Positions 17,916-27,977 of a stretch of DNA of 64,000 nt are shown here, one piece after another (the stretch's first letter is position 1; every line of letters begins with the position of its first letter). The position numbers and the translations under genes are program-made. The DNA is taken from assembly GCA_902577765.1 (NCBI GenBank), contig CACHAK010000005.1, forward strand, positions 3,283 to 67,282, given 5' to 3'. The notes beneath the pieces are model-generated. The model saw only the letters and a list, made by a program, of their open reading frames with translations. It ran no database searches and was not told where the DNA came from. Source of the DNA: an uncultured Pelagibacteraceae bacterium (lineage in GTDB: Bacteria; Pseudomonadota; Alphaproteobacteria; Pelagibacterales; AG-422-B15).

Positions 17916-18542
17916 TTGCTGCAAAAACTATACGATAAATATATTTGTCCGCATCTCATTAATTATGCGATGCAAATGAAACCCTTTAGAAAACAAAGAG
18001 AAAAAGTAATACCCTTTGCGTCCGGTAGAATATTAGAAATAGGTATTGGTTCAGGATTAAATTTTAATTATTACAATAAAGCAAATGTATCTGAGGTTTT
18101 TGCTGTTGAGCCAGATGGTGTATTGTTGAAAAAAGCAAAACAAAATGCGGAATTAAACAATATAGATTTGAATATCCAGCAACTTAAGGCTGAGGAGCTG
18201 CCTTTCGATAATAACTCATTTGATACAGTAATAAGCACTTACACAATGTGTTCCATTCCTGGCTTAGGCAGTGCTATGTCTGAAATAAATAGAGTTATGA
18301 AACCAAACGCTAAATTTCTTTTTTCTGAACATGGCAAATCTCCTGACTCAAATATTTTGAAATGGCAAAAAAGAATGAATGGGATTCAAAAAAGAATAGC
18401 GGGTGGTTGTCATCTCGATGTAGATATTCCAAATGAGATAACGAAAGCTAATTTTAAACTTGATAAAATAGACAGCATGTATGTTCCTGGACCAAAATTT
18501 TTAAGTTATCATTACTGGGGCGCCGCTAGTCCGCTAAAATAA
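17916..18542 (+). CDS. Class I SAM-dependent methyltransferase
   Basis: ILEIGIGSGLN, AEELPFDNNSFDTV, GGCHL. TTG start. Confidence 0.85.
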   Translation: MLQKLYDKYICPHLINYAMQMKPFRKQREKVIPFASGRILEIGIGSGLNFNYYNKANVSEVFAVEPDGVLLKKAKQNAELNNIDLNIQQLKAEELPFDNNSFDTVISTYTMCSIPGLGSAMSEINRVMKPNAKFLFSEHGKSPDSNILKWQKRMNGIQKRIAGGCHLDVDIPNEITKANFKLDKIDSMYVPGPKFLSYHYWGAASPLK

Positions 18543-18545
18543 GTT

Positions 18546-19175
18546 ATGTTGATGCGACAAACTCTGGATTATGTTTTTTCAAATGCTGAAAGAAACAATC
18601 CAAAATCTATTCTGCAAACAATAGATAATTTTGTTCTAGAAAGCGGCCAATTCTTAATGAATGTCGGTCCAGAAAAAGGGGAAATTTTAAAAAATCATCT
18701 TTTAAAGTCAGTACCAAATAATGTAATAGAGTTAGGAACTTTTATTGGATATTCAGCAGTATTAATCTCGTCTACTATTGGAGAAAAAAGTCAATTAACT
18801 TCGATTGACTCAGATATTCACTCTATAGAAATAGCGAAAGAATTAATTAACTATGCTGGACTAGATCATAAAGTAAATTTGATACACGGAAGTGCTGAGG
18901 AAATAATACCAAAATTAAATTTCAACGCTGATTTTGTATTTATTGATCATGCGAAGAAAAAGTACCTTTCGGATTTACAGCTTTTGGAATCAGAGGGTAT
19001 GATACTCAAAAATTGTGTAGTATTTGCAGATAATGTTGGGATTTTTAAAGATGAAATGGCTGAATATTTCGACCATGTGAGAGAATCCGGGGAATATCTT
19101 TCTCAAAATTTTAGCTCGAAATTAGAGTATAGAAATAATATATATGATGCAGTGGAAATATCGATTAAGAATTAA
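18546..19175 (+). CDS. Catechol O-methyltransferase-like O-methyltransferase
   Basis: MNVGPEKG, ELGTFIGYS, FIDHAKKKY..DL and ADNV match COMT-family motifs. Confidence 0.85.
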   Translation: MLMRQTLDYVFSNAERNNPKSILQTIDNFVLESGQFLMNVGPEKGEILKNHLLKSVPNNVIELGTFIGYSAVLISSTIGEKSQLTSIDSDIHSIEIAKELINYAGLDHKVNLIHGSAEEIIPKLNFNADFVFIDHAKKKYLSDLQLLESEGMILKNCVVFADNVGIFKDEMAEYFDHVRESGEYLSQNFSSKLEYRNNIYDAVEISIKN

Positions 19176-19180
19176 TATCA

Positions 19181-20632
19181 ATGGAAAATAGTAACCATTT
19201 TAATGTAATTGTAATTGGCGCTGGAATCTCTGGTATAGGAGCTGGATACTACTTAAAAAAAAATTGTCCGAATAAATCCTTTTGTATAATTGAAGGGAGA
19301 GAAAACATAGGCGGCACATGGGACTTATTTAGGTATCCAGGAATAAGATCAGATTCAGATATGTTCACACTCGGGTATGCATTTAAGCCGTGGAAGGAGC
19401 AAAAAACAATAGCAAATGGACCTTCCATCTTAAGTTATTTAGAAGAAACAGTTGAAGAAAATAATTTACGCGAAAAAATAAAATTTAGTCATAAAGTCTT
19501 AAGCGCTAACTGGAATTCTGTAGAGCGAAAATGGGAAGTAAGAGCTGCTTATCATGAGCAAGAAATATTATTCACAGCAAACTTTCTATTCATGGGAACA
19601 GGATATTATAATTACGATGAGGGATACACACCTGAATTTGATGACCTAGATAAGTATGAAGGTAAATTAATACATCCTCAGAAGTGGCCTGAAGGCTATG
19701 ACTATACAGATAAGAAAATGGTTGTTATCGGCAGTGGCGCAACAGCAGCAACTATAGTTCCCGAACTATCAAAAAAAGCGAAACACGTAACGATGTTGCA
19801 ACGCTCACCAACATATTATTTTCCAAGTCCAGATGAAGATAGATTTGCAAATTTTTTAAAAAAAGTTTTACCACAAAAAATGTCTTATACTCTTGTTAGG
19901 TTACGAAATGTTTTTTTTCAGCAACTTCTCTACAGAATTTGTAGATCATATCCGAAGTATGTAAAAAGAAAGCTCATCGATGGAGTTAAACAACTATTGC
20001 CTAACCATGATATTTCAAAACATTTTACTCCACGATATTATCCTTGGGAACAGAGAATGTGCCTTATTCCAAATGGTGATTTGTTTGAGTCTATAAGAGA
20101 CAACAGAGCAACGGTTGTTACAGATCACATCGATAAATTTACTAGCAAGGGTATAAAGCTTAAATCAGGTCAAAATATTGAGGCTGATGTTGTCGTAACT
20201 GCTACAGGCTTAAACTTACAATCTTTTGGTGGTGTCCAAGTTCATATCGATGGCAAGTTGGTCGAGCCTTCTGAAACAATGACTTATAAAAGTATGATGT
20301 TCAGTGGAATTCCAAATTTTGTAAATTCTTTTGGTTATATTAATGCATCTTGGACCTTGAAAGCAGATTTAACCTGTGAATATGCTTGTAGATTAATTAA
20401 TTATCTTGATAAGAATAATTACAGTCATTGTGTACCAAGAGTGCCAGTGGATGTGAAAGCTGAAAAAGACTGGCTCGCAACTGAGTTTTCCTCAGGATAT
20501 ATACATCGTGCTATTCATTTATTCCCCCAACAAGGCAGCAGGTCACCATGGATCAATACACAAAATTATTTCAAAGATTTCTTTGGTATTAAATTTGGCC
20601 GATTAAACGACGATTCTATTCATTTTTCTTAA
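19181..20632 (+). CDS. Baeyer-Villiger / flavin monooxygenase (EthA-like)
   Basis: IGAGISG, GGTWDLFRYPGIRSDSD, fingerprint YEGKLIHPQKWP, IGSGATA. Confidence 0.9.
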   Translation: MENSNHFNVIVIGAGISGIGAGYYLKKNCPNKSFCIIEGRENIGGTWDLFRYPGIRSDSDMFTLGYAFKPWKEQKTIANGPSILSYLEETVEENNLREKIKFSHKVLSANWNSVERKWEVRAAYHEQEILFTANFLFMGTGYYNYDEGYTPEFDDLDKYEGKLIHPQKWPEGYDYTDKKMVVIGSGATAATIVPELSKKAKHVTMLQRSPTYYFPSPDEDRFANFLKKVLPQKMSYTLVRLRNVFFQQLLYRICRSYPKYVKRKLIDGVKQLLPNHDISKHFTPRYYPWEQRMCLIPNGDLFESIRDNRATVVTDHIDKFTSKGIKLKSGQNIEADVVVTATGLNLQSFGGVQVHIDGKLVEPSETMTYKSMMFSGIPNFVNSFGYINASWTLKADLTCEYACRLINYLDKNNYSHCVPRVPVDVKAEKDWLATEFSSGYIHRAIHLFPQQGSRSPWINTQNYFKDFFGIKFGRLNDDSIHFS

Positions 20633-22272
20633 GCGTCGGCGGCTTTAGCCATTTCTCTCAGTTCGTATTTTAATATTTTGCCTGTTGAAGTTTTTGGCAG
20701 TTCAGTAAAAACGACTTTTTTAGGACACTTAAAGCCAGCAAGAGTTTCTTTGCAAAACGAAATAATATCGTCTTCACTCACGCTGTCATTTTGATCTTTT
20801 AATTCAATAAAAGCACATGGTGTTTCACCCCATTTTGCATCTGGTTTTGCTACCACTGCGGCAAATAATACAGATGGATGTTTATAAAGTGTATTTTCTA
20901 TTTCAACTGATGAGACATTTTCACCACCAGAGATGATTATATCTTTGCTTCTATCTTTTATTTGAATGTAACCATTAGGATGCATTACAGCCAGATCACC
21001 TGAGTGAAACCAGCCTCCTGCCATAGCTTTATCTGTTTCTTCCTTATTTTTTAAATATCCCTTCATTACACAGTTGCCGCGTATCATGATCTCACCTATT
21101 TCTTCACCGTCATTCTTAACGTGCTCCATAGTCTCAGGGTTCATAATGGCTAGACCATCCATCATCGGAAACTTTACGCCCTGCCTTGATCTAAGCTTTG
21201 ACTGTTCTTCAACTGATAGCTCATTCCATTCATCCTGCCATGCGCATAATGAAATATGTCCGTATGTCTCAGTCAGTCCATAAACATGAGTAACGTCGAA
21301 ACCCATTTTTTGAACCGCTTCTAATGTGGCTGCGGGTGGAGGAGCTCCAGCTGTTACTACATATACTTGTTGAGAGTATTCTCTTTTTTCCTCAGCTGTT
21401 GCTTGTGCTAGAAAATTTAAAACAATTGGTGCGCCACCAAAATGAGTTACTTTATGATCTGCAATAGCATCAAACATATTTTTAGCTGAAACATATCTAA
21501 GGCATACACTTGTGCCTGCTAGGGCTGTAAGCGTGTAGGGATTGCCCCAACCATTACAATGAAACATTGGAACTACCCACATATAAGTAGGATGCATTGG
21601 CATACTAAAAGCAGTAACAGATCCAAGTGCCATCAAGTAGGAGCCTCTATGATGATAGACAACCCCTTTTGGTAATCCAGTGGTGCCAGATGTATAATTG
21701 AGTGCTAGTGATTGCCATTCATCATCTGGTAAACTCCATTCGAGATCACTGTCACCTGTTAAAAGAAAATCCTCATAATTAATTTCTCCTAGATTCTCTC
21801 CAGCTCCCTCAGGATGATTCGCTAGCTCATCATCAATATCTATTACTAGAATTTTATTTTTTATCTTATCGAGTACTTGTTTTATCGTCGGTGAAAGCTC
21901 ATTATCAGTAATCAACGCTTTTGCTTCACCGTGCTCAAGAATATAGCTAATTGTATCTACATCTAATCTAATGTTTATCGTATTTAATACAGCGCCTATC
22001 ATCGGAACACCAAAATGTGTCTCATATATTTCAGGAGTATTAAAACAAAGAACCGCAACAGTATCTCCCTTTCCTATACCTCTTTTAGAAAGTGCGCTCG
22101 CAAGTTGTTTGCTTCTTTTATATGTTTCAGACCATGTAAATTGTTTTTTGCCATGTATAATCGAAGTTTTGTTTGGATAAACTTCCGCTGCTCGTATGAG
22201 AAAACTTAAAGGAGACAACGGTGTAAAATTTGCATCGTTTTTGTCTAAATTTGTATCATACATGTGAGCCAT
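20629..22272 (-). CDS. dmdB: Acyl-CoA synthetase, DmdB-like (3-methylmercaptopropionyl-CoA ligase type)
   Basis: YTSGTTGLPKG, YGLTE, GWFHSGD, PKTSTGKI. The N-terminus MYDTNLDKNDANFTPLSPLSFL resembles SAR11/Roseobacter DmdB as I recall it; substrate is inferred. Confidence 0.6.
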   Translation of the reverse strand: MAHMYDTNLDKNDANFTPLSPLSFLIRAAEVYPNKTSIIHGKKQFTWSETYKRSKQLASALSKRGIGKGDTVAVLCFNTPEIYETHFGVPMIGAVLNTINIRLDVDTISYILEHGEAKALITDNELSPTIKQVLDKIKNKILVIDIDDELANHPEGAGENLGEINYEDFLLTGDSDLEWSLPDDEWQSLALNYTSGTTGLPKGVVYHHRGSYLMALGSVTAFSMPMHPTYMWVVPMFHCNGWGNPYTLTALAGTSVCLRYVSAKNMFDAIADHKVTHFGGAPIVLNFLAQATAEEKREYSQQVYVVTAGAPPPAATLEAVQKMGFDVTHVYGLTETYGHISLCAWQDEWNELSVEEQSKLRSRQGVKFPMMDGLAIMNPETMEHVKNDGEEIGEIMIRGNCVMKGYLKNKEETDKAMAGGWFHSGDLAVMHPNGYIQIKDRSKDIIISGGENVSSVEIENTLYKHPSVLFAAVVAKPDAKWGETPCAFIELKDQNDSVSEDDIISFCKETLAGFKCPKKVVFTELPKTSTGKILKYELREMAKAADA

Positions 22273-23939
22273 TAAAACAATCCCTCTATGTCGCCATTTT
22301 TATTTAAGTGTATAGCATTTGCAGCTGGAACTCTAGGCAGACCTGGCATAGTCATAATCTTATCGCATACAACTACAAGAAATTCTGCACCCGCTGCTAG
22401 TCTAACTTCTCTGATAGGAACTACATGGTCTTTTGGAGCGCCTCTTAGATTTGGATCAGTTGAGAAGCTGTATTGAGTTTTAGCTACACATATTGGGTAA
22501 TGGCCATATTTTTCCTCCAAGTCGTCAAACTGCATTCTTATTTTTTTGTCAGCAATAATATCGCTCGCTCCATATATTTCTTGTGCAATTTTTTTCATCT
22601 TATCCCACAATTTCATTTCGTCCGGATACAGGTGCTTTATCTTTGGAGCATTTTGCTCAGTAATTTCTACTATGTGCTTTGCTAGGTCCTCTGTGCCTGC
22701 ACCACCATTGCTCCAATGTGTGCAATTAAATGACTTTACATTTAATGAGTCACAGCAATTGCTGATTGCTGATAATTCTTTTTCACTGTCAGATATGAAA
22801 TGATTAATAGCAACTGTAACAGGCGCCCCATACATTTGCATATTTGCAATGTGCTGCTTTAAATTTGATAAACCTTTTTTTACAGCTTCAACATTTTCAT
22901 TTTTTAATTCTTTTTTATCCATACCGCCATGCATTTTTAAAGCTCGAACTGTTGCAACTATTACTATTGCTGAAGGATTTAATTTTCCTTTACGGCATTT
23001 TATGTCTAAAAATTTTTCTGCTCCAAGATCTGCACCAAAGCCTGCTTCTGTTACAACATAATCACTTAATTTAAGAGCAGTTTGAGTAGCAACTAAAGAA
23101 TTACATCCATGGGCAATATTTGCAAAAGGACCCCCATGAATGATAGCAGGATTTTTCTCCAGTGTTTGAACAAGATTAGGTAAGAAAGCATCTTTTAGCA
23201 AAGTAGTCATCGCGCCATCTGCATTTAAGTCTCGCGCCGTAATTTCTTTCTTCTCCCTTGTATAACCAACAATGATATTCCCAAGTCTATTTTGTAAATC
23301 GTCTAAACTTGTAGATAAACAAAAAATTGCCATCACTTCAGATGCAACAGTAATATCGAATTTATCCTCACGTGGGTATCCGTTGGCTATACCGCCTAAA
23401 TTAACATTAATATTTCTTAAAGCACGATCATTTAAATCTACAACACGTCCCCAAACCACTCTTCTTGTATCAATTCCTAAATCGTTTCCCCAATAAATAT
23501 GGTTATCAATCATCGATGCAAGGAGGTTATGTGCTGATGTGATCGCATGGAAATCACCCGTGAAATGTAAATTAATTTTATCCATTGGTACTACTTGGGC
23601 GTAACCGCCTCCTGCAGCACCCCCTTTGACACCAAAGCAAGGTCCTAAACTAGGTTCTCTCAAGCATACCAATGACTGTTTTCCAATTTTATTTAAGCCA
23701 TCACTAAGACCGACTGATGTAGTAGTCTTTCCTTCGCCCGCTGGGGTAGGTGAAATGGCTGTCACTAAAATGAGTTTTCCGTTCTTGTTATTACCTTCTA
23801 TATGTTGAGTATCAATTTTAGCAATATGGTGTCCAAATTTTTGGAGATTTTGATCTTTTAAGTCTAATTTTGAAGCAATTTCTTCAATAGGAGCCATGCT
23901 ATTTTCTCTAGCAATTTCAATATCTGAGAGTACAGCCAT
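22272..23939 (-). CDS. fhs: Formate--tetrahydrofolate ligase
   Basis: [43 protein letters not shown]. Likely start 23939 (track 23969). Confidence 0.95.
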   Translation of the reverse strand: MAVLSDIEIARENSMAPIEEIASKLDLKDQNLQKFGHHIAKIDTQHIEGNNKNGKLILVTAISPTPAGEGKTTTSVGLSDGLNKIGKQSLVCLREPSLGPCFGVKGGAAGGGYAQVVPMDKINLHFTGDFHAITSAHNLLASMIDNHIYWGNDLGIDTRRVVWGRVVDLNDRALRNINVNLGGIANGYPREDKFDITVASEVMAIFCLSTSLDDLQNRLGNIIVGYTREKKEITARDLNADGAMTTLLKDAFLPNLVQTLEKNPAIIHGGPFANIAHGCNSLVATQTALKLSDYVVTEAGFGADLGAEKFLDIKCRKGKLNPSAIVIVATVRALKMHGGMDKKELKNENVEAVKKGLSNLKQHIANMQMYGAPVTVAINHFISDSEKELSAISNCCDSLNVKSFNCTHWSNGGAGTEDLAKHIVEITEQNAPKIKHLYPDEMKLWDKMKKIAQEIYGASDIIADKKIRMQFDDLEEKYGHYPICVAKTQYSFSTDPNLRGAPKDHVVPIREVRLAAGAEFLVVVCDKIMTMPGLPRVPAANAIHLNKNGDIEGLF

Positions 23940-24056
23940 AAATAATACTAATATTAAAAACCTAGACAACTTAAGAACTTTACAGATAGGAGTCTACAAA
24001 AATGTATTGCTATAGAACACATTTTTACTTAAATTTTGTTTTAGGAGACTCAAATA

Positions 24057-24106
24057 GCGCTGCAAAATTAAGCCAAGCAGTGCAATTGAAAATTCGCGTG
24101 GCTTAA
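24057..24106 (+). ncRNA. Candidate cis-regulatory H-type pseudoknot upstream of the metF-like gene
   Basis: P1 GCGCUGC (24057-63) pairs with GCAGUGC (24077-83); P2 UUAAGCCA (24068-75) pairs with UGGCUUAA (24099-106). Confidence 0.4.
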
Positions 24107-24129
24107 GCGGTACACTCATTTACAGCATT

Positions 24130-24870
24130 ATGGGAAATGTAAATTTTTCATTGGAAGTTACTACAAGAACAAATCTGTCTGATTTGCCTAAACTCAATGA
24201 CATTTATATTACATTTTTGCCTGGCACAAGTTATCTTGACGTTATTGAACAAACCAAAGCGTTAGCTAGTGCAGGTTATAATCCCATTCCTCACTTTCCA
24301 GCTCGTTCAATTACTGATTCAGATATGTTAAAATCATATATAGAGCAAGTTAAAGAGGCTGGAGTTAAACAAGTTTTAATAATTGGTGGCGATCGCGATA
24401 TACTAGGAAAATATCATTGCTCGCTTCAACTTATTGAAACCGGATTATTTGATGGAATGAAAATAGGCATTGCTGGTCACCCTGAAGGATCTCCAAATAT
24501 GAGCGATACAGCTATTGAAGAAGCAATGAAATCAAAGGCCCCATTTGCCGATTATATAGTAACACAGTGGACACAAGATACAGACGCATTATCGTCTTTT
24601 ATTTCTGGAGCACCACTTCCTGTTCATGTAGGCGTTGCGGGTCCGGCTTCTATGAAGACGCTAGTTAAATTCGCTGGATTTGTTGGATTAAAGAATACGC
24701 TTAATTTCGCAAAAAAAAATGCATCTAAGATTTTTGATTTATTGACTGTTCAGACACCTGATGATGTAATTCAAGAATTAAAAGAGAACGTTGAACATTT
24801 TCACATTTATGCATTTGGTGGAATAAAAAAAGCAAACGAATGGTTAGAAAAGGAGAACTACTATGTCTAA
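24130..24870 (+). CDS. metF: Methylenetetrahydrofolate reductase-like protein (short marine type)
   Basis: FSLEVT, PHFPARSI, LIIGGD, IAGHPEG, IVTQW, VHVGVAGP. Confidence 0.8.
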   Translation: MGNVNFSLEVTTRTNLSDLPKLNDIYITFLPGTSYLDVIEQTKALASAGYNPIPHFPARSITDSDMLKSYIEQVKEAGVKQVLIIGGDRDILGKYHCSLQLIETGLFDGMKIGIAGHPEGSPNMSDTAIEEAMKSKAPFADYIVTQWTQDTDALSSFISGAPLPVHVGVAGPASMKTLVKFAGFVGLKNTLNFAKKNASKIFDLLTVQTPDDVIQELKENVEHFHIYAFGGIKKANEWLEKENYYV

Positions 24871-26206
24871 AAAAATAGAACATAACACTACTGTTGATCA
24901 AAGCGACAGACATGTTCCTTACAATTTACGCCAAAGTGGACCAACAAAAGTTGAAATGTTGATTTCAACTCGAGTAAGAAAGTCACCATATTGGCATAAG
25001 TCGATGGAGGCAGGATGCTGGAGAGCAACAGTTTATAACCGTATTTATCATCCCAGAGGTTATGTAAAGCCTGAAGATGGTGGAGCAATGGTTGAATATG
25101 AAGCAATTAAAAATCATGTGACTATGTGGAATGTCGCAGTTGAGAGACAAATACGTGTAATTGGTCCAGATGCAGAAAAATTTACAGACTATGTAATTAC
25201 AAGGGATGCCACAAAGATATCACCATTACGAGCTAGGTACGTAATATTATGTAACTATAAAGGCGGAGTCTTAAATGATCCTATTCTCTTAAGAATCTCG
25301 AAAGATGAGTTTTGGTTTAGTTTGTCAGACTCTGATATTGGACTTTATTTACAAGGTGTAAACGCTGATAAAAGATTTGATGTGGAAATTGATGAAATTG
25401 ATGCGTGCCCTGTTCAGATTCAAGGACCAAAAGCCATTGCCTTGATGAAAGACCTAGTGGGTGATCAAGTTGATCTTGATAATATTCCTTTCTATGGTCT
25501 AGCAGAAGTTACAGTTGGTGGAAGAAGTTGTGTGATTTCTCAAACTGGTTTCTCTGGCGAGTCCGGTTATGAAATTTATTTACGAAATGCGACGCTCTAT
25601 GCCGACGATATGTGGGACGCTGTTTTGGAAGCAGGAAAGAAACATAATCTAATGGTTATAGCGCCTGCTCACCACAGAAGAATACAAGCAGGCATATTAT
25701 CTTGGGGTCAGGACTTAGATCATGAACACAATCCTTTCCAATGTAATCTTGGCTATCAAGTTTCTTTATCTGGAAAAGGTGAGTGGGAGAAAAAAGGTGA
25801 TTATATCGGTAAGCAAGCGCTTGAAAAGATGAAGACTGACTTGAAAGATGGTCATAAGCCTTACAAGTTACAATTGGTGGGATTTGAAATTGGAGGCAAA
25901 CCAATTGATGAGTATGCGCCTGATTTTTGGCTTGTGTCTCCTGGTGAAGGTGGAGACCCATGTGGCTTTATTACTTCACCTTGGTATCATCCTGAAAAAG
26001 GGAAAAATATAGCTATGGGTTATATACCTTTTGATGGAACTCTTAATGCAAATGGCTTTCCAAAATGGGAACTAGGTAAAAAATTTAAAGTTCATTTACC
26101 TGATATTTATGCTGATGAGCCAGGAGTACCAGTAGACGCTGTAACAGTTGATGTACCGTTTACTGAGTCTTTCAACGCGAATACAAGAGAAGTTGTAAAG
26201 GGCTAG
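24863..26206 (+). CDS. GcvT-family THF-dependent aminomethyltransferase/demethylase
   Basis: RVRKSPYW, WNVAVERQI, NDPILLR, SQTGFSGESGYEI, RRIQAG; coupled to metF. Confidence 0.9.
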   Translation: MSKKIEHNTTVDQSDRHVPYNLRQSGPTKVEMLISTRVRKSPYWHKSMEAGCWRATVYNRIYHPRGYVKPEDGGAMVEYEAIKNHVTMWNVAVERQIRVIGPDAEKFTDYVITRDATKISPLRARYVILCNYKGGVLNDPILLRISKDEFWFSLSDSDIGLYLQGVNADKRFDVEIDEIDACPVQIQGPKAIALMKDLVGDQVDLDNIPFYGLAEVTVGGRSCVISQTGFSGESGYEIYLRNATLYADDMWDAVLEAGKKHNLMVIAPAHHRRIQAGILSWGQDLDHEHNPFQCNLGYQVSLSGKGEWEKKGDYIGKQALEKMKTDLKDGHKPYKLQLVGFEIGGKPIDEYAPDFWLVSPGEGGDPCGFITSPWYHPEKGKNIAMGYIPFDGTLNANGFPKWELGKKFKVHLPDIYADEPGVPVDAVTVDVPFTESFNANTREVVKG

Positions 26207-26217
26207 TTTATATTAAT

Positions 26218-26245
26218 TGCTCAGCACAAATCAACGTGCTGAGCA
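26218..26245. terminator. Hairpin between the convergent demethylase and msrA genes
   Basis: TGCTCAGCAC-aaatcaac-GTGCTGAGCA (10-bp perfect stem). Confidence 0.75.
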
Positions 26246-26261
26246 TTAATAATAATACAAT

Positions 26262-26756
26262 TTAGGATTTGTGTTGCACGTAAAGTTGGTGATAGCAAAC
26301 TTTACCATTTTTTTCTATGAAGTCTTGGTGGTATTCTTCAGCAGGCCAAAATTTAGCATTCTCTCTTAATTCTGTAACTACTTCGTTTTGATGTTCGCCT
26401 GAGTTATTAATCTCATCAATTTTACTTTCCGATATTCTTCTTTCTTCATCAGAATTACAAAAAATAACTGATTTGTATTGTTCACCAATGTCTGGACCTT
26501 GACGATTCATCTGAGTTGGATCATGAATAAAGAAAAACTTGTCTAACAATTCCTCAAACTTTACTTCACTATTATCATACTCAATCTCAACAACTTCAAT
26601 GTGTCCTGACTTACCTGTACAGACTTCTTCGTATGTAGGGTTTTCTGTATGCCCGCCGGCATACCCTGAAATTACTTTTTTAACGCCAGACATTTCTTCA
26701 AAAAGAACTTCTACTCCCCAAAAACAACCTGCGCCTAGTATTAACTTTGAAATCAT
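26262..26756 (-). CDS. msrA: Peptide-methionine (S)-S-oxide reductase
   Basis: GAGCFWGVE, GYAGG, PTYEEVC, AEEYHQ. Confidence 0.95.
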   Translation of the reverse strand: MISKLILGAGCFWGVEVLFEEMSGVKKVISGYAGGHTENPTYEEVCTGKSGHIEVVEIEYDNSEVKFEELLDKFFFIHDPTQMNRQGPDIGEQYKSVIFCNSDEERRISESKIDEINNSGEHQNEVVTELRENAKFWPAEEYHQDFIEKNGKVCYHQLYVQHKS

Positions 26757-26831
26757 ACCTTAACATAAGGTTTTTTTTATATATGTTAAAGATCAAATTA
26801 AATTATATTCCATCTAATATTAATACTGATA

Positions 26832-27977
26832 ATGAATAATCAAGATATAAGCATTGGTAAACTCTCAAGGTTAAAGATCTGGATAACCGATAATCATCTG
26901 TCTGATGATCAATGGTCAAATACAAAAAAATTTATCATCATAAAAATAACTACTGAAGATGGAATTGAAGGTTGGGGAGAAGCATTCTCTATTAATCTTA
27001 GAGAAAAGGGTATTGCGATTATTATAAAAGAGCTATTCAGAGAAATTTCAAATATTCCAAATCTATCAATAAAGTCTTTTTATAATAAAATTTCATTGTT
27101 AAGTGATGGTCACAGAGGTTTAGATTTCAGCTCTGCTACAAGCGCCATTGAAATTGCATTATGGGACATATCAGGGAAGTTAAAAAATCTTCCTTTAAAT
27201 TCTTTACTAACAAAAAGTCCCAAACCAAATGTTCCCATTTATGCTACGTGTTGGAGCGATTTAAAAAAAGACACAAATGACTATTTGAGACAAATAGAAA
27301 AATTTTATGGAGAGAAATATGGGGGGATCAAGATATATCCAATGCTAGATAACGTATCAATTTCAATTCAGTTTGTTGAAAAAGTTAGAGAAATAGTAGG
27401 AGATGAATTACCGCTAATGCTTGATTTAGCTGTACCTAAAGATTTAGATAAGACAAAATCTTTTTTAAAAGAAGTATCGTCATTTAATCCTTACTGGATA
27501 GAAGAGCCTGTTGATGGTGAGAATATAAGCTTACTTACTGAGATCAAAAATGCTTTTAATATGAAAGTTGTAACAGGTGAAAAGCAATCAGGCTTGGTCC
27601 ATTTCAGAGAATTAATACACAGAAATGCAGTAGATATATTTAATCCTGATATTTCAGGTATGGGCGGACTCATTGATATTATCACGATATCAAATGAAGC
27701 ATCAAATAATGGCATCTCTATTTCTCCACATTGCTGGAATTCAATGTCCGTTTCAGCATCTGCGATGCTTCATGTTTGCTCAAGTATTTCTAATTCAGAA
27801 AAGGCTGAAATATTTCCAGATTATATAAACTTTTCAAAGAAATTTTGTGAGTTACCTTTTGATATTGTAGATAATAAAGCACATATAAATAAATCAGCTG
27901 GACTTGGAATAGTTATTCATGAAGATATTTTATCTCGGTTGAGTATTTATTCATTGGATGAAAAGAGTAATGACTGA
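26832..27977 (+). CDS. Mandelate racemase-subgroup enolase-superfamily enzyme (probable acid-sugar dehydratase)
   Basis: GWGEA, SAIEIALWDISGK, LMLD, WIEEP, TGEK, PHC. Confidence 0.85.
   Translation: MNNQDISIGKLSRLKIWITDNHLSDDQWSNTKKFIIIKITTEDGIEGWGEAFSINLREKGIAIIIKELFREISNIPNLSIKSFYNKISLLSDGHRGLDFSSATSAIEIALWDISGKLKNLPLNSLLTKSPKPNVPIYATCWSDLKKDTNDYLRQIEKFYGEKYGGIKIYPMLDNVSISIQFVEKVREIVGDELPLMLDLAVPKDLDKTKSFLKEVSSFNPYWIEEPVDGENISLLTEIKNAFNMKVVTGEKQSGLVHFRELIHRNAVDIFNPDISGMGGLIDIITISNEASNNGISISPHCWNSMSVSASAMLHVCSSISNSEKAEIFPDYINFSKKFCELPFDIVDNKAHINKSAGLGIVIHEDILSRLSIYSLDEKSND

Noticed and set aside
24043-24129. Canonical SAM-II/SAM-V or SAH riboswitch
   Set aside because: The conserved ligand-binding nucleotides are not matched; kept only as an unassigned pseudoknot.
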